Sequence record: MK817115.1
Strand: one strand, 5' to 3'
DNA: 64,000 nt
The translations under genes and the position numbers were made by a program. A model generated the notes under the pieces. The model was given only the letters and a program-made list of their open reading frames with translations. It ran no database searches and had not been told where the DNA came from. Shown here in pieces: positions 57,837 through 64,000 of this stretch. Position 1 is the first letter of the stretch, and every line of letters starts with the position of its first letter.

Positions 57837-58230
57837 TATATTTATCTTTATAAAAATCCATGATTTTAGTCAACAGTACTGCAATCGTATAATCTAAATC
57901 AGGATAAAGTAAATTGTACTGAAATTCTTCCTCAACACTATAGTTAGTGGTACAGTACTGGTAATCTTTATAACCTATTGAAAAATAATTCGGATACAAT
58001 GTACAACGAAAGCGATAAGCTTCATCTGTCATATAATCATTGTATTCAACACAGAAGTATAGTGATTTTGAATTTAATTCGATAAGCTCCACGAAACCAT
58101 CTGGTAATGAATGATTATAAATGGTATTATCATTATTAAACCATTCATAATATTTTTCTAAAAAATCACTAATAGATACATCAAGACTTTGTATAGGTGG
58201 AGTTATGATAATTTGAACTTCGTTATTCAT
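57826..58230 (-). CDS. EExxFQxS-motif family protein
   Basis: YSVEEEFQYNLLYPD. Confidence 0.7.
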   Translation of the reverse strand: MNNEVQIIITPPIQSLDVSISDFLEKYYEWFNNDNTIYNHSLPDGFVELIELNSKSLYFCVEYNDYMTDEAYRFRCTLYPNYFSIGYKDYQYCTTNYSVEEEFQYNLLYPDLDYTIAVLLTKIMDFYKDKYNAA

Positions 58231-58715
58231 TTTCTCCCCTTATTATATTTTACATATGGGTTATCATAAAGATCATAACTTTTCTGAGCACGTTCTTTTT
58301 TGCGTTCATACATAATTCTATCATACTCCTTCGCTTTCCCATTTGCTTCATTATACAGTTTTAAAATTAGCAAAAATGTATCAAGGTCAGGGTAGTTTGC
58401 TGGATTGATAGTACTTAACATAAATCGTTCTTCTTCAGTTCTAGCAACATCAAACTCATACTTAATAGTTTTATACCCACTCCATTTATATGTGTGTATT
58501 ACTTTGTTAGTAAGTACATTATATTCAACGAAATCAGTACTACCATCAAGTACACGAGTAATCTTAATAGATGTACCAATGACAATCTGTACAGAACTCA
58601 TTTCTGAAGTTTTAAAGTAATAAATGTTATTACGGCGAAGATTAACTTCTCGATCTCCAATGCGAACATGCTTAATAACTTCCATTAATGGTTCTGGTAC
58701 ACCACGAATTGGCAT
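58227..58715 (-). CDS. EExxFQxS-motif family protein
   Basis: RTEEERFMLSTINP; start MPIRG after AAGGAG. Confidence 0.7.
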   Translation of the reverse strand: MPIRGVPEPLMEVIKHVRIGDREVNLRRNNIYYFKTSEMSSVQIVIGTSIKITRVLDGSTDFVEYNVLTNKVIHTYKWSGYKTIKYEFDVARTEEERFMLSTINPANYPDLDTFLLILKLYNEANGKAKEYDRIMYERKKERAQKSYDLYDNPYVKYNKGRK

Positions 58716-58716
58716 G

Positions 58717-58935
58717 TTAATGCTCCTTTTTAATTCTATACATTTTAACAGCACTGGTTTCCCAAAAGTCACCATCTAAGTTGCTGAATTTATATATAGT
58801 TTCGAGATTTTCACCATCAAACGAAAACAACACAACATCTTCTTGTACAGTGCCGTTATGTAACATGATATCATAAACTTCATTTCTTACAAATAATTCT
58901 TTGGCCTTAGAAATATCAAAATCAATAAATTTCAT
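58717..58935 (-). CDS. Hypothetical protein
   Basis: Start MKFIDF after GGAGG. Confidence 0.7.
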   Translation of the reverse strand: MKFIDFDISKAKELFVRNEVYDIMLHNGTVQEDVVLFSFDGENLETIYKFSNLDGDFWETSAVKMYRIKKEH

Positions 58936-58983
58936 ATATCCTCCTATTATCATTATTTGTATTATATCAGAGTTTCATTGCAT

Positions 58984-59376
58984 CTACCAGCATGTTTTCA
59001 TAACTTCTGTGATGTGATTCATTTTATCTTTAAGTACGTAAGGGATGCAAATTTCACCTGGGCTTAACGTTGTGTTCTTTTGAAACTCATCTTCTTCGGA
59101 ATCAGCCAGGTAAAATGGGTGTGTCACAAAGGTATCATCAACTGGACGATTATGTGGTTTCATTAATGCATCATGATTGACAAAATAATAAGCATCAATA
59201 TCAGGACGGAAATACAAACAATCAACCTTAATGCACGGGTGTAACCATAAGGACAAAGAATATGTTATTTGGTTACCAATTTGTCTTGGGCCTGATGCAA
59301 TTGTATTGATGTTATTTTTATCTTGTACCATTTCATAAATGAAATCTATCATTTCGTGTAGTTCTGATTCAGTCAT
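58984..59376 (-). CDS. EExxFQxS-motif family protein
   Basis: ADSEEDEFQKNTTLS. Confidence 0.7.
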   Translation of the reverse strand: MTESELHEMIDFIYEMVQDKNNINTIASGPRQIGNQITYSLSLWLHPCIKVDCLYFRPDIDAYYFVNHDALMKPHNRPVDDTFVTHPFYLADSEEDEFQKNTTLSPGEICIPYVLKDKMNHITEVMKTCW

Positions 59377-59387
59377 TTTATTTCCTT

Positions 59388-59418
59388 AAAAAAATACCCA
59401 GTCAAGTACTGGGTATTT
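59388..59418 (-). terminator. Intrinsic terminator containing AGTACT
   Basis: ATACCCAGT-ACTTG-ACTGGGTAT-T run. Confidence 0.75.
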
Positions 59419-59430
59419 ACAAAGTAACGT

Positions 59431-59580
59431 TTAATCAGATTTCTTTTCGTAATCTGTAAAAACAGTCAGGATTGTTGCACATAGTGAATCAACTACTGAT
59501 GCACGTGTGTTATCAAGGTCTTTAGCTAGTGCTTGAATCTCTTGAAGTTTTACTACTAAGTCGATTTTTTGATTACTCAT
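59431..59580 (-). CDS. 49-aa hypothetical protein (not in ORF track)
   Basis: MSNQKIDLVVKLQEIQALAKDL..., AGGAG RBS. Confidence 0.6.
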   Translation of the reverse strand: MSNQKIDLVVKLQEIQALAKDLDNTRASVVDSLCATILTVFTDYEKKSD

Positions 59581-59602
59581 TACTTCTCCTATTGGATGTT
59601 TT

Positions 59603-59893
59603 TTAGATATTAATTTTTATACCACTAAGGTCTAGAACTTTTTTATTAGATACTGTTTCTGATTCTAATTTAGTTTCTTTTACCTCAGTGTTAATATTTA
59701 CGTCATCTTTGAGAATATCAGGGATAATACCATGTTGAATATCATCGTACATAGAAACAACGGTTTCGGCACAAGATAACATTTCACGAACTTTGTACTG
59801 ATAACCCTGTGGTAACTCATTGATGATTTCCATAATATCTAGTAATTTAGTTTGGACATCAATAAGAATTTTTCTTGATTTTTCTGGTTCCAT
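59603..59893 (-). CDS. Hypothetical protein
   Basis: 96 aa. Confidence 0.7.
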   Translation of the reverse strand: MEPEKSRKILIDVQTKLLDIMEIINELPQGYQYKVREMLSCAETVVSMYDDIQHGIIPDILKDDVNINTEVKETKLESETVSNKKVLDLSGIKINI

Positions 59894-60399
59894 TACTCCA
59901 ACTCCACAACATTACTTTTTTTGGATTTAATCACTGATGGTGGCTCATTAACGCTTGTTTGACCACGAAGTGATTTTTCCAACGCAATGATGCGTTTTAA
60001 AGTTTTTATTGATGGTCGCTTCTTCGTCAACTCAGCTTTTGCTTCTGAATAATATTTTCTTACATATCCATAGGCATAATATTTTGAACCAATGAAAATT
60101 TCAGCAACTACTGGATTTGAGTATTGTGTATCAATTCCATCTAGATCCGTGTCTACCGAGTAGAATGAAATATTTGTATCACATGCTGAAATTTTAGCCA
60201 CCAAAAGATTTGCATCGAACTTATCTAAAATTAGAGAAATTGTTTTTTCGGCATCAGCACTATATGGCATAGCAGACATTAAAAGTTGGAATGTCTTAAA
60301 GTACTTACTTCCACTAATCATGGTATTGAAAATCAATCCAATGGTGATTAATGCAAGTGTACCAATACACACAAACAAAAACCAATATTCAACACTCAT
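59893..60399 (-). CDS. Membrane-anchored hypothetical protein
   Basis: N-terminal TM, GAGG RBS. Confidence 0.7.
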   Translation of the reverse strand: MSVEYWFLFVCIGTLALITIGLIFNTMISGSKYFKTFQLLMSAMPYSADAEKTISLILDKFDANLLVAKISACDTNISFYSVDTDLDGIDTQYSNPVVAEIFIGSKYYAYGYVRKYYSEAKAELTKKRPSIKTLKRIIALEKSLRGQTSVNEPPSVIKSKKSNVVELE

Positions 60400-60464
60400 T
60401 TATAAATCCTCTTACTTTATATGATTAAAATGCCCCATCAAAAATGATGAGGCGGTAAGATAAA

Positions 60465-60674
60465 TTACTTACGATTTGCTTTACGCAGTTCAGATAGTTC
60501 TTCTTGAAGACTTTTCTTCCATGCAATCAAGTGAGCAAAACGGATTGGCCTTGCACCAGTACCGTGGAATACTGCTAGAGCTTCTTCTGCTTGATGAATC
60601 TGGAATTGAATGTAGTTCACAGTGCGGTCGAAGTCGGTGATATCTAGTACTTGTGCGTTAGTTTCTTTAGCCAT
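60465..60674 (-). CDS. Hypothetical protein
   Basis: 69 aa. Confidence 0.65.
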   Translation of the reverse strand: MAKETNAQVLDITDFDRTVNYIQFQIHQAEEALAVFHGTGARPIRFAHLIAWKKSLQEELSELRKANRK

Positions 60675-60789
60675 TTTAATACCCTTTTATTTCTTTTTTA
60701 TGAAAAACCCTCATCATTGAGGAATGGTTTGCATTTTAATATCTGCCGATAACAAACATTATATCACAATATCTGTTCTTGTCCAATGT

Positions 60790-61086
60790 TTAATTATTAG
60801 AAAGAACAATTTTTGAAACTGGTAAATCTGTATTATTTACACGTTCTTCATTATATCCATTCTGTACAAGAATGTCAATAACTTTAGACTTATCAATTGT
60901 AAATGATTCTAACATATCATATCGGTAATAACCAATAGTCTGACTGAACTCATATTTTCCTGGCTGTTGACGACAACACGTATTTGTTTCAGCCATAATC
61001 TTATTGATTAGGTAATATGTTTCAGTACTATCAATATTTGGAATATAGATCTTATCATCAAAATGAATTACTTCATGTTTATTCAT
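60790..61086 (-). CDS. Hypothetical protein
   Basis: Probable start MNKHEVI after GGAG. Confidence 0.6.
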   Translation of the reverse strand: MNKHEVIHFDDKIYIPNIDSTETYYLINKIMAETNTCCRQQPGKYEFSQTIGYYRYDMLESFTIDKSKVIDILVQNGYNEERVNNTDLPVSKIVLSNN

Positions 61087-61348
61087 AGAGTGATTCAATC
61101 TCCGCTTTAAGAATGGAAATGATCTCTTTCTGAAGGCCAGTAATTTCACTGTTCAAAGATGATAGTCGCTTCGATAATGCCATGAATTGCTTTGCATCTT
61201 CTTTAGAACGGTCATTTCGTACTTTATCAGAACTCCAGTTAGCATATGATTGCTCATCTTTCCTGTTAAGGATATCCCAGTCTAAACGTACTAGTTTACG
61301 TTCTTTCTTCAGTTCGCTTAAGTGAGATTTCATTTCGTCTTTAGTCAT
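61079..61348 (-). CDS. Coiled-coil hypothetical protein
   Basis: 89 aa. Confidence 0.65.
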   Translation of the reverse strand: MTKDEMKSHLSELKKERKLVRLDWDILNRKDEQSYANWSSDKVRNDRSKEDAKQFMALSKRLSSLNSEITGLQKEIISILKAEIESLYE

Positions 61349-61638
61349 TAGATTGTTCCTTTCATGAAGTCTGGAATAACGATTACGATAGGAGGATTAT
61401 ACTCTACATAACCATTTTTTGTCAATAGACTTTTAATATCTGAAATCACATTATCATGCTGTTCAATATCTTTATCACAAAAGATTTCCAATTCTTTCTG
61501 AAACGGTTTTTTAACCGAGATGTTTTGAGTCAGTGTTTGGATTCTCTGTAACATATCAATTGGATCTGGACTGAACTCATTACCAACATAAAGAGTACCA
61601 GATGCATCTTTTTCTAGCAAGACTTCTAAAATTTTCAT
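61348..61638 (-). CDS. Hypothetical protein
   Basis: 96 aa. Confidence 0.65.
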   Translation of the reverse strand: MKILEVLLEKDASGTLYVGNEFSPDPIDMLQRIQTLTQNISVKKPFQKELEIFCDKDIEQHDNVISDIKSLLTKNGYVEYNPPIVIVIPDFMKGTI

Positions 61639-62471
61639 TTCGTATCCTTCAATTTACTAAAGTTTTCTCGTGTAAATCCAGGAACTGGAAAATATACATC
61701 ACAGTCAACATCAGGATTCATAATTACCATGTCATTACATATTATATCACGAATTTTACTGCCGTCCACGATTTTTTGCATTAAATCATTCCATTTTTTA
61801 CGAGAAATAACGAATGTACTAATTATACATAAATCATGTCCACGTTTTGAAATATATCCTAGTACTTCATTATCGTAAACAACACGTATGGTAACTTTTC
61901 CAATTGTAACCCCTCTTACTGGATTAATACTAGTATCTTCAAAAATTAGTTCTAATTTAAGTTTACCATTCGAAATAAGTGATGAAGTATATTTAGAAAC
62001 CATTTTATCAATTTCTTGAGTCAAATCATCTCTACCTAGATATTCAAATACAGAATAAGTTAATTCGTCTGCACCTAACTGTTGGATAGTTGGAAGCTGT
62101 GCAACCATATCTAAAGATACAGGTTCGATATATATTCTTTCAATATCAGAAGATTGTACAAATAGACAACCATCAGGTGTCGTATCTCTAACAATTTCGG
62201 CATAATATGTATAAAGATAAAAAACATTAGACTCGGATGAGTCAGTTTCTACCCAAATCTCAGATTGTTTCATTTCATCTTTATGAAGAATTCGTTGAGT
62301 AAATCCTATGTAAAAACCAAGATATAAATCATCATCAGTTTCAAACGGATTAAACATCAAATACGGATATTTGTCAAGGTACTCATTGAACTTACGCTGT
62401 ACATCTCTATCACAATCCATGATATACTTTCGGAATTCAGAAATGATTATTTTTTCTAATGACATAATCAA
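61635..62471 (-). CDS. Hypothetical protein
   Basis: 278 aa, GAGG RBS. Confidence 0.7.
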   Translation of the reverse strand: MIMSLEKIIISEFRKYIMDCDRDVQRKFNEYLDKYPYLMFNPFETDDDLYLGFYIGFTQRILHKDEMKQSEIWVETDSSESNVFYLYTYYAEIVRDTTPDGCLFVQSSDIERIYIEPVSLDMVAQLPTIQQLGADELTYSVFEYLGRDDLTQEIDKMVSKYTSSLISNGKLKLELIFEDTSINPVRGVTIGKVTIRVVYDNEVLGYISKRGHDLCIISTFVISRKKWNDLMQKIVDGSKIRDIICNDMVIMNPDVDCDVYFPVPGFTRENFSKLKDTK

Positions 62472-62665
62472 TCCTCAAGATGCATGTAGTACATAAACAT
62501 CGCCAACCATATAAAAAACCCGAAACAACGAAGTAAAATATCAATTGTTGGATCTGTCCCACCATTAACTTGGTAAACGATTACTGGGATTAAAGCAATA
62601 GTAATAGACACAGCACATAAGATGAATGCAACAAACACCTCAAACATAAACTTAATCGTTTCCAT
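62468..62665 (-). CDS. 2-TM membrane protein
   Basis: 65 aa, hydrophobic hairpin. Confidence 0.65.
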   Translation of the reverse strand: METIKFMFEVFVAFILCAVSITIALIPVIVYQVNGGTDPTIDILLRCFGFFIWLAMFMYYMHLED

Positions 62666-63224
62666 TATTATCCTTCAATGTGTAGTGTAGTACATCTAAA
62701 AAGTTATACATTGATTCATTACGCACAACCTTGATTGTTAAATTACGACAACCCAACATACGTTTGAGGCGACGCTTCACCGCAGTTAAATCATGTGTAC
62801 TATTCGTATACAGACCATTAACCTGACCTGGAACAGTTGGCACATGAAGAATGTAATCATAATTCATTAGTAAGCGTTGATTATATTTCTTTAATGCTTG
62901 CTTGTATTCTGAAATATTTTCAAAGAATGTACAATAACGGTCGTAACGATTCATTTTATTCAAAATTGAAATACGAAAAGCGTTACCACTATTCCAATCA
63001 TCTTCAGTTGGGTTTGGGTTGATATGTGCCATGTTAGCTGTACTGTACCCACCACTTGTGAAAACTTCAGAATATCCATTCTCAAAAACATACAATGTTG
63101 CTTTGTGGCCTCTGAATTCTTTACGGTACTTTGACAGTACTTGGATGTGATTACGCTTGGACTTGTACATTTCGTAACCTTCATAATCTGAACTGAATTC
63201 ACAAATTTTATCAACACCAGCCAT
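62652..63224 (-). CDS. Hypothetical protein
   Basis: 190 aa, GAGG RBS; TTGACA-17nt-TATAAT at about 63257-63285. Confidence 0.72.
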   Translation of the reverse strand: MAGVDKICEFSSDYEGYEMYKSKRNHIQVLSKYRKEFRGHKATLYVFENGYSEVFTSGGYSTANMAHINPNPTEDDWNSGNAFRISILNKMNRYDRYCTFFENISEYKQALKKYNQRLLMNYDYILHVPTVPGQVNGLYTNSTHDLTAVKRRLKRMLGCRNLTIKVVRNESMYNFLDVLHYTLKDNNGND

Positions 63225-63281
63225 TTCGTATATCCTCGTTTAATTAATATAGGAGTATTATACATACTCCATTTTCATGTG

Positions 63282-63425
63282 TCAAGCTTTATAATACGGA
63301 AGACTTTTTACTAAAGATTCAGACGTATTATTTTTTACCCATGTACTACCGTTGTCATTAGATACGTATCCAGTACCATTAATAAATTTACGCATAATAC
63401 CAGTAAAAATATTAGTATACACCAT
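63282..63425 (-). CDS. 47-aa hypothetical protein (not in ORF track)
   Basis: MVYTNIFTGIMRKFINGTGYVSNDNGSTW..., TAATG coupling. Confidence 0.5.
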   Translation of the reverse strand: MVYTNIFTGIMRKFINGTGYVSNDNGSTWVKNNTSESLVKSLPYYKA

Positions 63426-63595
63426 TACTCAGTATCCTTTGGTTTAGAATGTAAACCATACTTTTCATCATAACGATCATAGGTAGTACCATTAGTACTA
63501 GCTTTGATGCTTTCAGTACGATTGATTGGTTCAATCTTAACACCACGATAACCAATCTCTTCTTTAAATTGTTCCCATGATTCACGTAAACTCAT
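63425..63595 (-). CDS. Hypothetical protein
   Basis: Start MSLRESW. Confidence 0.6.
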   Translation of the reverse strand: MSLRESWEQFKEEIGYRGVKIEPINRTESIKASTNGTTYDRYDEKYGLHSKPKDTE

Positions 63596-63609
63596 TTTAG
63601 CCCCTTTTG

Positions 63610-63753
63610 TTATTTCATACACTCACGTAGGTCAATCTTTTCAACTGAACCACCGAGTACTAGATAGTGAAAATTAGAATCTTTGTTTGCCATATTCAAA
63701 AGATCTGCTTTCTGTTGAAGCGTAAAGCGTGAAGTACTGTTACGTACTGGCAT
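63610..63753 (-). CDS. 47-aa hypothetical protein (not in ORF track)
   Basis: MPVRNSTSRFTLQQKADLL..., AAGGAG RBS. Confidence 0.6.
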   Translation of the reverse strand: MPVRNSTSRFTLQQKADLLNMANKDSNFHYLVLGGSVEKIDLRECMK

Positions 63754-63755
63754 AG

Positions 63756-63998
63756 TTACTCCTTAAAGTAGATATCACGAATTTGTTTAATCATCTCTAA
63801 CTCTTGAAGTCCTATCATACCAAAGTCTTCTTGTATTGTCAACTGCTGAAAGTACATTTCTTCTAAATTATTGTACGGAATCTCAACAAGATTCAAAGGC
63901 TCACTTTCCACACGATAAATTGTATCTTGTACATCATGCTTTTCGATATGAATACTAAATGTATCTTTTTGAATTCTAAATTTATAAAATGTTTGATT
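63756..63998 (-). CDS. EExxFQxS-motif family protein, 3' part (runs off the window)
   Basis: ...YNNLEEMYFQQLTIQEDFGMIGLQEL...YFKE*. Confidence 0.7.
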   Translation of the reverse strand, partial: NQTFYKFRIQKDTFSIHIEKHDVQDTIYRVESEPLNLVEIPYNNLEEMYFQQLTIQEDFGMIGLQELEMIKQIRDIYFKE

Positions 63999-64000
63999 TG

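Overview
A 64 kb, AT-rich (roughly one-third G+C by eye) segment of a large lytic dsDNA phage genome. It is most consistent with an enterobacterial jumbo myovirus; from memory it resembles the PBECO4/121Q-like group, which I could not verify. Positions 1-14.7 kb (+ strand) hold a tandem array of 13 genes that all start MLPF(A/G)RMxKYGN or a close variant: 10 intact RCC1/BLIP-II-like beta-propeller genes, 1 unrelated Gly-rich gene, 1 frameshifted copy and 1 internally deleted copy. Most are preceded by the same ~65 bp terminator-promoter-RBS module. Positions 14.7-64 kb (almost all - strand) are a dense early/accessory region. Recognisable genes there are denV, an AAA+ ATPase, a GIY-YIG-like homing endonuclease, an HNH protein, two kinases, a divergent sigma70-family factor and an Ntn-hydrolase-like protein. 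The region also has 7 tRNAs (including a Ser tRNA with an ACU anticodon and a CAU tRNA with a long variable region), candidate structured ncRNAs and several hidden paralogue families (3-TM membrane proteins, a 14-member C-terminal EExxFQxS family, 6 MTHEEW microproteins). Eight terminator/promoter overlap cassettes punctuate it. The palindrome (C)AGTACT(G) is strongly over-represented throughout, including in promoter spacers, terminators and a tRNA stem. All counts are by hand, and functional calls come from motif recognition, not database searches.
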